64,000 nucleotides of DNA from Planctomycetota bacterium (lineage in GTDB: Bacteria; Planctomycetota; JAJSAM01; JAJVHW01), in NCBI GenBank assembly GCA_965248445.1, contig CBDFJG010000002.1, positions 704,001-768,000 of the forward strand, given 5' to 3'. Within the stretch, counting starts at the first letter, position 1. Each line of letters starts with the position of its first letter. A program made the translations under genes and the position numbers. Positions 9,722-19,196 of the stretch are shown here, in pieces. The notes under the pieces are model-generated. The model was not told where the DNA came from. It saw only the letters and a list, made by a program, of their open reading frames with translations, and made no database searches.

Positions 9722-10390
9722 ATGCACCCCGAAATCGCCGGTCGCGACGCCGAGACGCCCCCACCCGAGAGACGCGCGCCCGACGAGCCGCTGTCCTCAA
9801 GTGAACTCGCACGCTCGCTGGCGCGGCCGGACCTGGCGGCGGTGCACGTCCTCGGGTCGCCGGAGCGCATTGCGAGGACGGCGACGGGTGACGGGACACT
9901 CTGGCCGCTGATCGCCTTGCTTTCGGTCGTCAGTCTCGTGATGGCGCTGCCCTACGGCGCGCTCACGACTCCGAACGAATTCTGGAACATCGCGGTGCTG
10001 TTCACGGGCTCGTTGCTGATCTGTGTGCCGTCGCTGCTGGTGTTCCTGCAGTTCCTGGGCAGCAACGGGAGCCTTCTGCGAGACGTGTCGTTCGCGTTCA
10101 TGATCTCGGCCACGGCCGGGTTCTTCACGCTCGGGTTCGCCCCCATCATCTGGTTCATCGATCTCACGACGAACACGGGCGACGGGTCGCTCGTCACGCC
10201 GAGACGACTCTCGGCCTTCTTGCTGGCGTTGTCGCTGGCGCTCGGCATCGTCCAGATGACCCGGTGTCTTCGCTCGAGCTCGGCCCGGGAGCGTCTGGGC
10301 GGGCGCTTCCTGGTCCTGATCTTCGTCTGGATCGGCCTGCTGGTGTTCATCGTGTGGCGGATGGCCGGAGAACTCGGCCTCCGCGGATGA
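9722..10390 (+). CDS. multi-pass membrane protein
   Basis: Strong RBS, about 5 TM helices, LICVPSL and FAPIIWF motifs. Confidence 0.8.
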   Translation: MHPEIAGRDAETPPPERRAPDEPLSSSELARSLARPDLAAVHVLGSPERIARTATGDGTLWPLIALLSVVSLVMALPYGALTTPNEFWNIAVLFTGSLLICVPSLLVFLQFLGSNGSLLRDVSFAFMISATAGFFTLGFAPIIWFIDLTTNTGDGSLVTPRRLSAFLLALSLALGIVQMTRCLRSSSARERLGGRFLVLIFVWIGLLVFIVWRMAGELGLRG

Positions 10391-11172
10391 TCAGAGCGCT
10401 CCTGACGATCCTGTGCGCATCGGCGGTCTACGGCTACGCGATCGGCTCGGTCCATAGTCCCCGGATCGCGTCCTGGAGCCTTGCCAAGTTCCCGATGCTG
10501 GTGTTCGTGACGTGCTCCATCTGCGCTCTCGCCTACTTCGCGTTCACGCTGCTCGTGACGCGGGAGCTGACGCTACGGGACGTCACCCGCGTCTCGCTCC
10601 GGACGTTCGCGGACATGTCCGTTCTGCTCGCTGCGCTGGCGCCGGTCTCGTTCTTCTTGGCACTGACTGTCGACCAGCCGACCTCTGCGTCGCTCGAGGA
10701 GTACCCGTTGTTCGTGGGGATCAACGTCATCCTCATCGCGTGCGCCGGCTCGGTGGCGCTGCTACGCCACACGCTGCGGCTTGCGCGTGAGTACGAGCTC
10801 GGCATGCGGAAGTCTGTGCTCGTCGTCACGGCCTGGCTGGCCATCAGCCTGTTCGCCGGTGGCCAGTGTGCCTGGGCAATGCGCCCGTTCTTCGGGGCGC
10901 GGACCGTGCAGATGAAGAGGTTCATGGAGTGGACCGATCCCGACTGGCGCGGCGCCACGAGCTTCTACGAGGCGGTCTGGCATCTTCTCGCGCCCCCCCC
11001 TCCTCCGCGGCGCTGGGCGACGCCGCGAAGTAGTCGGGCATTCGGCTTGTCGGCGAGCCTGGAATCAGCCGCCGCGGCTGTAGCTCGGCTCCTCATCCGC
11101 CGATGGAGAGTTAGTGCTTCCCCGACCGGGAGGCTAGTCATCCCTTTCACCACCACTGATCCGCCGCGCTGA
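10387..11172 (+). CDS. multi-pass membrane protein, distant paralog of upstream gene; C-terminus uncertain
   Basis: ATGA overlap; ICALAY, LAPVSFF, QCAWAMRPFFG motifs; C8 tract at 10993-11000. Confidence 0.75.
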   Translation: MIRALLTILCASAVYGYAIGSVHSPRIASWSLAKFPMLVFVTCSICALAYFAFTLLVTRELTLRDVTRVSLRTFADMSVLLAALAPVSFFLALTVDQPTSASLEEYPLFVGINVILIACAGSVALLRHTLRLAREYELGMRKSVLVVTAWLAISLFAGGQCAWAMRPFFGARTVQMKRFMEWTDPDWRGATSFYEAVWHLLAPPPPPRRWATPRSSRAFGLSASLESAAAAVARLLIRRWRVSASPTGRLVIPFTTTDPPR

Positions 11173-11330
11173 ATGTGCGTGGCGGGCGATGCGGCGAACA
11201 ACAGGGCCTCTCGCAATGCCTCTCGCAATGCGATCGAGGTCACGCCGCCCACACTTGTCTTTCCCGTGCCTGTTGTCTGGGTCAGATCACAAAGCCGCGT
11301 GGCGCATCGTCACGGCGGCGGAGAATATGA

Positions 11331-12626
11331 TTGTCCAGTACACAGATACAGCCGCGGGCTGAGGGCGGGTTCGGCCGCTTCCGGCTCGACTCCGCGCTCA
11401 TGCGCGGCATCCGGGACGCTGGGTTCGACGAGCCCCGTCCCATTCAGAACGAGACCATTCCGGCCTGCCTCGAAGGGCAGGACGTCATGGGACTCGCACA
11501 GACGGGCACCGGTAAGACGGCGGCATTCGCGCTGCCGATCCTGCAACGCCTGATCGAAGAACCGGGCGCGGGACCACTGGTCCTCATCCTGGCCCCCACC
11601 CGCGAACTCGCGCTTCAGATCGACACCGAGATCCGCGCGCTCGCGAAGTTCACGAAGATCAAGACGGTCACCATCTTCGGCGGACGTTCCGCCGTCACGC
11701 AGGTGCAGGCGTTGCGGCGCCGCCCCGAGATCGTGGTCGGGTGCCCCGGTCGAGTGCTCGACCTGCTGCAGCAGCGGAAGCTCGATCTCTCCGAGGTCGA
11801 GACGCTCGTCCTCGATGAGGCGGACCACATGTTCGACATGGGGTTCCTGCCCGACATCAAGCGCATCCTCGCCGCGTTGCCGGACGACCGTCAGAACCTG
11901 CTCTTCTCGGCCACGATGCCGAAGGAGATCAGGTCGCTCGCAGACAGCATCCTCTACCAGCCGCACGTCGTCGAACTCGCGCACTCGCGTCCGGTCGACG
12001 CGATCGAGCACTTCCTCTGCCCCGTCCGCAATGACGACAAGCGAGAGCTCCTCGAGTGCGTGCTCGACCGGGACGACTGCGAGACGGCGATCGTGTTCAC
12101 CCGGACCAAGCACCGGGCGAAGCGCATGGCAGTCCAGCTTCAGAAGCGGGGTCTGCGCGCGATCGGTTTGCAGGGCAACATGTCCCAGCCCCAGCGGGAC
12201 CGCGCCATGGGCGGCTTCCGTGACGGCACGTACGACATCCTCGTGGCCACCGACATTGCTGCACGCGGACTCGACATCGCCGGCGTCTCGTACGTGATCA
12301 ACTTCGATCCGCCGAACACGACCGACGCGTACACCCATCGCATCGGACGCACCGGCCGCTCCGGACTGAGCGGGAGAGCGGTCACCTTCGTGACCAGCGA
12401 GGACGTCGCTTGGATCCGCGACATGGAACGCGCTCTCGGGGAGACGATCGAACGCCGCCCGTTCCCGGGCTTCGCGCCGGAGAACATCGACGCGGCGGCC
12501 GGCCGCCCGAAGTCGACGAGAGGCGGGCCGCAACGGGCATCGCACGGGCAGAGAGGCTCGACCGGTGGCCGGCGTCGCTCGCGTAGGCGCAGCTCGGCCG
12601 GTTCGGTCTCCCGCCGCAGGCGCTGA
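11331..12626 (+). CDS. rhlE: DEAD-box RNA helicase (RhlE-like)
   Basis: AQTGTGKT, PTRELA, DEAD, SAT, HRIGRTGR; Arg-rich tail; TTG start. Confidence 0.93.
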   Translation: MSSTQIQPRAEGGFGRFRLDSALMRGIRDAGFDEPRPIQNETIPACLEGQDVMGLAQTGTGKTAAFALPILQRLIEEPGAGPLVLILAPTRELALQIDTEIRALAKFTKIKTVTIFGGRSAVTQVQALRRRPEIVVGCPGRVLDLLQQRKLDLSEVETLVLDEADHMFDMGFLPDIKRILAALPDDRQNLLFSATMPKEIRSLADSILYQPHVVELAHSRPVDAIEHFLCPVRNDDKRELLECVLDRDDCETAIVFTRTKHRAKRMAVQLQKRGLRAIGLQGNMSQPQRDRAMGGFRDGTYDILVATDIAARGLDIAGVSYVINFDPPNTTDAYTHRIGRTGRSGLSGRAVTFVTSEDVAWIRDMERALGETIERRPFPGFAPENIDAAAGRPKSTRGGPQRASHGQRGSTGGRRRSRRRSSAGSVSRRRR

Positions 12627-12708
12627 CACCGCGTCGCAGCCGACACGGCGTCTCATCGGGGGGCTCAGCCAACCGGCCCACGGACGCCGATGAGGGGCTA
12701 CGGCCCCG

Positions 12709-13452
12709 ATGTCCCTCCGCACCTTCAGCCGCCCCGCCACGGAATGCGCCACTCGCCTGCACGACGGCCACCGCGCGTGGCTGATCGGCGCCGGCCTGGC
12801 CGTGCTGGCGCACCTGTTCTGGCTCGGCGGCTACATCACTTGGTTCCTGGGTGCGCTCTGTCACGAGATGGGCCACACGTTCGCCGCGCTCGCGACGGGT
12901 TGCCCCGCGTTCCCGGCGATACGGCTCGACGGTCACGCGGTCACGATGCTGAACGACCAGATACTGCCGCTCGCGCTGTTGATGATCGGCGGTGTCGCGT
13001 GGTGGTGCTGGAACGCGCGGGACAACCGCACACTACTCGTGCTGCGCGCGCTGCTGCTCGTCCCGTTGCTGATCGCGCTCATGTCGAAGAACGCGCGCGA
13101 CATGCTGATCCTGTACGCCGGGCAGGGCGGTGAACTCGCGTTCGCGGGCGTGTTCCTCTGGCGCGCGTACACCGGCGGCTTCACGCAGACGAACGGAGAG
13201 CGCCCGCTGTACGCGATGCTCGGTTGGGTCTTCGTGTTCGAGAACCTGATGCTCGCCGGCGGCCTGATGTTCTCGTCCGCCGCGCGGAACGAGTACCTCG
13301 GAAACGGCTCGTTCGGAGTCCAGAACGACCTGGTCCGGATCGCGAACGATCACCTCGGCACCGGGCTTCCGGGCGCCGCCGTACCGCTGCTGTTTCTCGC
13401 CATCGCGACGCCGCTCGCCGCCTGGAAGCTCGGGCGACTCGCACGCGATTGA
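12709..13452 (+). CDS. membrane protein, M50-like metalloprotease
   Basis: HEMGH within a TM context, YAGQGGE and ND motifs. Confidence 0.65.
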   Translation: MSLRTFSRPATECATRLHDGHRAWLIGAGLAVLAHLFWLGGYITWFLGALCHEMGHTFAALATGCPAFPAIRLDGHAVTMLNDQILPLALLMIGGVAWWCWNARDNRTLLVLRALLLVPLLIALMSKNARDMLILYAGQGGELAFAGVFLWRAYTGGFTQTNGERPLYAMLGWVFVFENLMLAGGLMFSSAARNEYLGNGSFGVQNDLVRIANDHLGTGLPGAAVPLLFLAIATPLAAWKLGRLARD

Positions 13453-13479
13453 GTAGCCTCCGCCGCGGAGGACCTGCTC

Positions 13480-15021
13480 ATGCGATCGCGTCTGACTCAC
13501 TGGGCGGCCGTGCTGACTGTCGCCGCCGTCACGTCACTGACTCACGCCGACACGCAGCAGTCGGGCGAGATCCCGATGCTGACGCCGACGGCGGGGTTCT
13601 CGGCTACGTCCCTGTTCACCGTCGGTGAGGCCGTCGGCGCCTACCGGCCGCCCGGCATCCTCGACGGGCTGGGAGCGTACGTGCACGACGCGAACACGAT
13701 CCGCGTGCTCGCCAATCACGAGCTGTCCGACGACGACGGATACGCGTACGCGCTCCGAAATGGCACCCAACTCACCGGCGCACGGATCAGCTACTTCGAT
13801 ATCGACCGCCGCACACGGCAGATCTGCGCCGCCGGCCTCGCCTACGGCCGCGTTTACGACCGCAGCGGCAAAGAGGTGACCGCCGCGACGCAGATCAATG
13901 AGGCGAGTCAGACCGGTGACGGCCTGGCCCGCTTCTGCTCCGGCCGCCTCGTGAACGCCGGCGAGCGCGGGTTCGTGGACACCGTGTATTTCGCGGGTGA
14001 AGAGGTCTCCGACTCGTCACACGCACACGGCGGCGGCGAGTGGGCCCTCGATGTCGCGAACGGCGACCTGTGGGCGTGCCCGGAACTCGGACGCGCGAAG
14101 TGGGAGAACGTCGCGCCGCTCGACGCCGGTAGCAGCAAGCACGTCGCTCTGCTGATGTGCGACGACACAGCGGGTGCACCGCTCTTCCTGTGGGTCGGCA
14201 AGAAGTCGAAGAAGGGGAACTTCCTGCAGCGCAACGGGCTCGCCAAGGGCAAGCTGTACGCCTGGATCGCAGACGGGTCGGCGCGCGACGCGGGAGACTT
14301 CAACGGCACAGGCGCGACGCTCGCCGGGTCGTTCGTACGCGTCAAGGCGCGCAACCCGCGTCAGGCGCGCCGTGGCGGGTACGACAACCGCGGATACCTG
14401 GACACCTCCACCCTTCGGCGCGAGGTCGCGAAGCTGCGCGCGTTCGAGTTCGCGCGCCCCGAAGACGTGCACGACAACCCGTTCGACGGCACGCAGGCCG
14501 TGTTCGCGACGACGGGCTCGAGCGACTACCCGGACGACCGGTGGGGCCAGGTGATCCGCGCCGAAGTGGACTTCACCAAGCTGAGGAAGCCGCGTGCGAC
14601 GCTGACGATCCTCTACGACGGCGACGAGTTGCCGGAGCCCGACGAGGGAATCCGAAACCCGGACAACCTGGTCTGGTCCGAGGACGGGTTCATCTACGTG
14701 CAGGAGGACGCGTCGCGGAGCGCGTTCGGGACCGTGTCGGACATCGAGGCATCGGTGTGGGCCCTGGATCCCGTGTTTCGGACCGCAACGCGGATCGCCG
14801 AGATGAACCGGTCCGCCGTACCGTCCGGCCAGACCGACGACGACGCCGGAGAGTTCGGGAACTGGGAGTCGTCCGGCGTGCTCGACGTGACGAGGCTGTT
14901 CGAGACAGTCCCCGGCGAGCGGCTGCTCATGCTCGACGTGCAGGCGCATGGCATCGACCTCGACAGCGCCGACCTCGACCAGGGCGGTCAACTGCTGCTG
15001 CTCTCGATCGGCGCGCCCTGA
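13480..15021 (+). CDS. PhoX-like (DUF839) alkaline phosphatase
   Basis: Signal peptide; DGLGA, NHEL, RFCSG, GEE, LGRAKWEN, FARPED, NPDNL, QED, WESSG, DVQAH. Confidence 0.85.
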   Translation: MRSRLTHWAAVLTVAAVTSLTHADTQQSGEIPMLTPTAGFSATSLFTVGEAVGAYRPPGILDGLGAYVHDANTIRVLANHELSDDDGYAYALRNGTQLTGARISYFDIDRRTRQICAAGLAYGRVYDRSGKEVTAATQINEASQTGDGLARFCSGRLVNAGERGFVDTVYFAGEEVSDSSHAHGGGEWALDVANGDLWACPELGRAKWENVAPLDAGSSKHVALLMCDDTAGAPLFLWVGKKSKKGNFLQRNGLAKGKLYAWIADGSARDAGDFNGTGATLAGSFVRVKARNPRQARRGGYDNRGYLDTSTLRREVAKLRAFEFARPEDVHDNPFDGTQAVFATTGSSDYPDDRWGQVIRAEVDFTKLRKPRATLTILYDGDELPEPDEGIRNPDNLVWSEDGFIYVQEDASRSAFGTVSDIEASVWALDPVFRTATRIAEMNRSAVPSGQTDDDAGEFGNWESSGVLDVTRLFETVPGERLLMLDVQAHGIDLDSADLDQGGQLLLLSIGAP

Positions 15022-15076
15022 CGCGGAGGGGAACCCGATAGCCTCTGCTCCGCGTCGAACGTTGGGAGACCACGGC

Positions 15077-16117
15077 ATGCGGACCTCGACCTGGATCAGT
15101 CTTCTCGCCTGCACCGCGCTCGTCAGCGCACTCCCCCTGGCCTCCGCGCAGGAGAAGCCGGCGCCGCTCTGGCCGCAGGAGGGTTACGGGGCGCTTCGCT
15201 CGGCTGCCGCAAAGGCCAAGACGAGCGGGAGCCGCCTGCTGCTCGGCCTCTCCGGCGGCGACCACTGATGACCCTCGTTCAAGTTCGAGAGCGGTTCGCT
15301 CTCGCCCATGCTCGAGGACGCTCGCGTCGTCAAGGCCGCTGAGCCGTACACGCGCCTGTTGATCCGCGTCCCCGAGGCGTACCTGCTGCTGCAGCATTTC
15401 GAGGACGCCACGCGTCCGGGCCTGTTCGTGCTCGATGCGGACGGCAACCCCGTGGACTCGATCTCGTTCACCGGGCTGAGCGGCGAGGACGGCGCGAAGC
15501 AGATCGCCGAGTGGCTCGACGAGACCCGCGAGACGCCTGCGCTCGCAACCATCCGGCTGAAGATCGAAGCCAAGGACATGGACGTGATTGCGGACGCCGT
15601 CGAGGAACTCGAGGGCGTCGAATGGGCCGCGGAGACGGACGAGTCGTTCGACGTGGCCGTCACCGCCGGCACGGCGACACCCACGCACGTGGTCGCAGCC
15701 GTCAAGAAGGCGGGCGGCAGTGCGACCGTCATCGAGCCCGTCGCGGTCACGTTCACAGCGCGACGCAAGGGCGCCGAGTGGAACGCGGGCGACGTCTCCG
15801 CGCTGCCCGGCGTGCAGGCGGTCACGACCGGCGAGCGGCCGGTCGCCTGGTGCGCGCCGTTCTTGCTCGACGGCAAGGCACTCACCGCGGCAGCGCCCGG
15901 GTGGGTGGCCGACGTCGAGGAGACGGTCCATCGCCTGAAGGACTATCCATCGACACCGAGCGGCGCCCGCGTCGCGCGCTACGCGCTCGCGGTGAACGGC
16001 GTCCTGGCGGTGTTCCCCGACATCGCGAAGAGCAGGATCACGGTCGTTGCGCGCCCCGCCGTCACTAAGAAGAGGGTCGCGGACGCCCTCGTCAGCGCCG
16101 GAGTGAAGCCCAGGTAG
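15077..16117 (+). CDS. exported thioredoxin-fold + HMA-like protein with two consecutive in-frame UGA codons (candidate di-selenocysteine protein, 346 aa)
   Basis: Signal peptide ORF and the 15308 ORF are in frame across TGA TGA (15266-15271); LSGGDH**PS aligns to FTGSDWCxxC; RPGLFVLDADG cis-Pro region. Confidence 0.75.
15286..15304 (+). promoter_or_regulatory. SECIS-like hairpin
   Basis: CGAGAGCG-GTT-CGCTCTCG perfect stem; G-initiated apical loop 22 nt after the second UGA. Confidence 0.65.
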
Positions 16118-16247
16118 CCACGCTCGTTTGCGAGGGACCTGGATCCCGGCGATGCTCGCTCAGGAGCCCGTGCTCGGGCAGTCGGCGCATCGCCAACGGG
16201 TGGCATTCGCGCCTCGGCCGCCCCCTCGGGCCGGGGAGGGAGTTCGG

Positions 16248-17231
16248 ATGCGTACCTACCAAGCGGCGGCGTTCGCCATCATCGCAGGCTGTGCCGTGCT
16301 GTTCGGCGGAGCCACGGAGACCTCACGCGCCTCGACCGGCGACCTGAGCAAGCAGCAGGTCAAGCAGCTCGAGAAGGAGTTCAACCAGATCGTGAAGCAG
16401 CACAAGCAGTCGGGGAACAACAATTTCAAGGTGTTCAAACAGGGCATCGGGAACATCAACAAGGACGTCAAGTCGGGGACTGCGGATCCGTTCCAGATCT
16501 TCTTCGACACGACGAACGACCTGGACTTCATCTTCGACGGCAGCCTGTCGTCCACGCGCAACGCGATCGCGGGGATCGAGGGCGTGTCGTCGAGCTTCTA
16601 CGCCGCGAACACCGGCGTGCCGGACTCGATCCCCGAACTCAGTGGCGCTCCCGGGAGTCTCATCGACGACGCCGTCGGGAGCCTGAACGCAAACAACGGC
16701 AAGCTGCTCACCAAGATCCGCAAGCTCATCTCGAAGCTCGAGAAGGCTGCGTGCAAGGAGGACATTCCGCCCTTCACCGGACTGCGCGGCATCCCGGAGT
16801 TCCAGGCCCCGCACGTGGAGCGCACCGGCTTCTTCGGCAGCGGCATGACCGAGAACCGCGCGAATATCATCTTCACGACCTCCGGTGGGCAGACCTCGAG
16901 CCGCGTTTTCTCCGTGCTGGGCTACTTCGACTTCGATCCCCTCGACAACGACGAGACGTGGACCGGACTGTTCGATCCGGACGGCACCGAGCTCGACAGG
17001 CAAGAGCTGACGCCGTCGACGAACGGGGTGTTCCGCGGAGGCTTCTCCACAAGCAGTTCCGGGACCAAGAACATCGGGGTGGACATCTTCGATCCCGACG
17101 ACGACAGCCTGATCTTCGCGGACGGCTTCGAGTCCGGGGACACCTCGGCCTGGACCAACGAGCAGGGGCCGATCAGACCCGTTCAGGCTCGATCTCGTCC
17201 TGCCCCGTGTGGGCTGCGCAGACTGGGCTAG
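16248..17231 (+). CDS. secreted hypothetical protein with near-terminal IFADGFESGDTSAW motif
   Basis: MRTYQAAAFAII signal peptide, GGAG RBS. Confidence 0.75.
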   Translation: MRTYQAAAFAIIAGCAVLFGGATETSRASTGDLSKQQVKQLEKEFNQIVKQHKQSGNNNFKVFKQGIGNINKDVKSGTADPFQIFFDTTNDLDFIFDGSLSSTRNAIAGIEGVSSSFYAANTGVPDSIPELSGAPGSLIDDAVGSLNANNGKLLTKIRKLISKLEKAACKEDIPPFTGLRGIPEFQAPHVERTGFFGSGMTENRANIIFTTSGGQTSSRVFSVLGYFDFDPLDNDETWTGLFDPDGTELDRQELTPSTNGVFRGGFSTSSSGTKNIGVDIFDPDDDSLIFADGFESGDTSAWTNEQGPIRPVQARSRPAPCGLRRLG

Positions 17232-17298
17232 CATTCTTGGACGAGGAAGGGCCTCCGATCCGGGGACGCACGCTGCGTGGGATAGGGAGGATGGACCG

Positions 17299-18954
17299 AT
17301 GAAGGTCGTCAAGTCGCTCACAGGATTCGTCCTGTCAACCGGGCTCGTGCTGCTGCTGTCTGCGCCGGGCCTCTCGCATGGTGAAGAAGAGCACCGGTGC
17401 ATCGAGGACGCCTCGCTGCATCGACCGGAGGTCGGGGCGCCGCTGCCAGAAGCGGAGGGTGGCGTCGTCGTCAGCATCTCGGAGACCTGCGAGTTCGTGA
17501 AGGTGATCGTTCACGAGGTCAGCAATGAGGTCGCGCTGAACGTGACGCTTCAGCGCGAGGATCAGGTGTTCGAGATGGGCGCCGTGCCCGGGTCCGAGGA
17601 AGGCCCGCGCGTGCTGGTGCGCTACAGCTGCGAAGGCGACACGCTGCCAGGCGAGGTCGAGTCCGTCGAGGCGTTCTTCGGTTTCGCGGTCCTCGTCAAG
17701 AATGCGGAGGGCCAGGTCGTCCTGCGCGGCGAGGTGCCGACCCTCGAGTGCGAAGAAGAAGAAGAGGGCGATGGCGAGGGTGACGGCGAAGGCGACGGCG
17801 AGGATGAAGGTGACGGCGAGCACGAGGAGCCCGAGACCGAGATGGGCCACTTCGAACTCGAGCGCCCCGAAGGCGGACTCGAGCCGGAGGCCAACGGCGG
17901 CATCGCGATCTGGAAGCGCGGCGACCGCGAGAAGTTCGTGCTCGAACTCTGCGGCTTCGAACCGGAGTCCCGCGTCCTGATCTACATCAGCGACGGTGAA
18001 GAGGAGTTCGCCCTGGTAGACGACCTCGGCATCGACGGCGAAGGATGTGCACGCTTCTTCCGCGACACCGGCGAAGAGCAAGAGCTCCCGCTCGGACTGT
18101 CGCTCGAGCAGTTGGAAGAGCGCCGCCTGCAGATCCGTGACGGCGAGGGCAACGTGCTGCTGGTCGGCCGAGTGCCGGAACTCGAGGACGAGAAGCACGA
18201 GGAGACCGAGAAGTCCCGCGGGCCGCTCACGCGTCCGGAGAACGCTCCGAACCGCGAGGCCGAAGGCGCCGTCGGCGTTTGGCGCCGCGGCGAGCGCGAA
18301 AAGTTCGACGTCGAGGTGGGCGGTTTCGCCCCCGAGACGGGACTGCTTCTCTTCATCGCGAACGCCGAGAGCGAGTTCGTCTTGGTGGACGACCTGCGCA
18401 CCGGCGAGCGCGGCGGCGCTGAGATCTTCCGCATGAACTTCGAGGGCGGCGAGTTGCCGCTCGGCGTGGACTCGCTCGATGAACTGGCCGGCCGCGACAT
18501 CCAGATCCGCAATCTGGATGAGCAGGTCGTGCTGGTCGGCGAGGTCCCCGCGTTCCGCGCGGATGACGACGGTGATGTGCGCGAGCGTGAGACCCACCGC
18601 GACGAGGTCACCGGCGCCAAGATCGGAGTGCGGGTGCTCATCAAGGTCTCCAAGGGCCGCGAGAAGCTCTCGTTCGAGATGAAGCACCTGCCCAAGGGCT
18701 TCTCGATCAACAAGCGCCGCCGCGGCGGCAGCAGGGAACAGGTCAGCCTGTTTATCGCGGACGAGCTGGGCACGATGACGGAGGTCGGCAGCACGAGAGT
18801 CCGCCGCCGCCGCACGGCGAAGCTCCGCTGGAACAGCAGGAAGGGCCACACGCTGCCCCTCGGCGTGACATCGATCCGCGACCTCTCGGGTCGCGCATAC
18901 GAAGTGAGAATCGGCGACACCGCCGTTGCCGAGGGGTTCATCCCATTCTTCTAG
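17299..18954 (+). CDS. secreted acidic repeat protein
   Basis: GGAGG RBS, signal peptide, 3-4 repeats of about 100 aa (REKF...LPLG...G.VP), Glu/Gly/Asp low-complexity linker. Confidence 0.85.
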   Translation: MKVVKSLTGFVLSTGLVLLLSAPGLSHGEEEHRCIEDASLHRPEVGAPLPEAEGGVVVSISETCEFVKVIVHEVSNEVALNVTLQREDQVFEMGAVPGSEEGPRVLVRYSCEGDTLPGEVESVEAFFGFAVLVKNAEGQVVLRGEVPTLECEEEEEGDGEGDGEGDGEDEGDGEHEEPETEMGHFELERPEGGLEPEANGGIAIWKRGDREKFVLELCGFEPESRVLIYISDGEEEFALVDDLGIDGEGCARFFRDTGEEQELPLGLSLEQLEERRLQIRDGEGNVLLVGRVPELEDEKHEETEKSRGPLTRPENAPNREAEGAVGVWRRGEREKFDVEVGGFAPETGLLLFIANAESEFVLVDDLRTGERGGAEIFRMNFEGGELPLGVDSLDELAGRDIQIRNLDEQVVLVGEVPAFRADDDGDVRERETHRDEVTGAKIGVRVLIKVSKGREKLSFEMKHLPKGFSINKRRRGGSREQVSLFIADELGTMTEVGSTRVRRRRTAKLRWNSRKGHTLPLGVTSIRDLSGRAYEVRIGDTAVAEGFIPFF

Positions 18955-19196
18955 GCCGCTGTCACGACACGCAACCCGGGCAGGGCGTCAACGGACGCCC
19001 GGCCCGCTCCCATTCCGCGCAGCACGCCCCGGAGACCGGGCCGCGCTGCCGGTGCGCGCGTTGTGCTAGGCTGAGATGCGGGAGGCAACACGCGCGCTCC
19101 ACCGGCGAAGCTGCGCCGGGTTCGGGGAGGCGTGCGGCGTGTTGCGGAAGTGTGCGTCCGCGTTCCGTTGAACAGCGCGGACGGTAGGAGGAAGCG

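Noticed and set aside
15268..15342. ATG inside TGATGA as a coupled restart
   Set aside because: It opens only a 24-aa out-of-frame ORF; the conserved-looking domain continues in the UGA frame.
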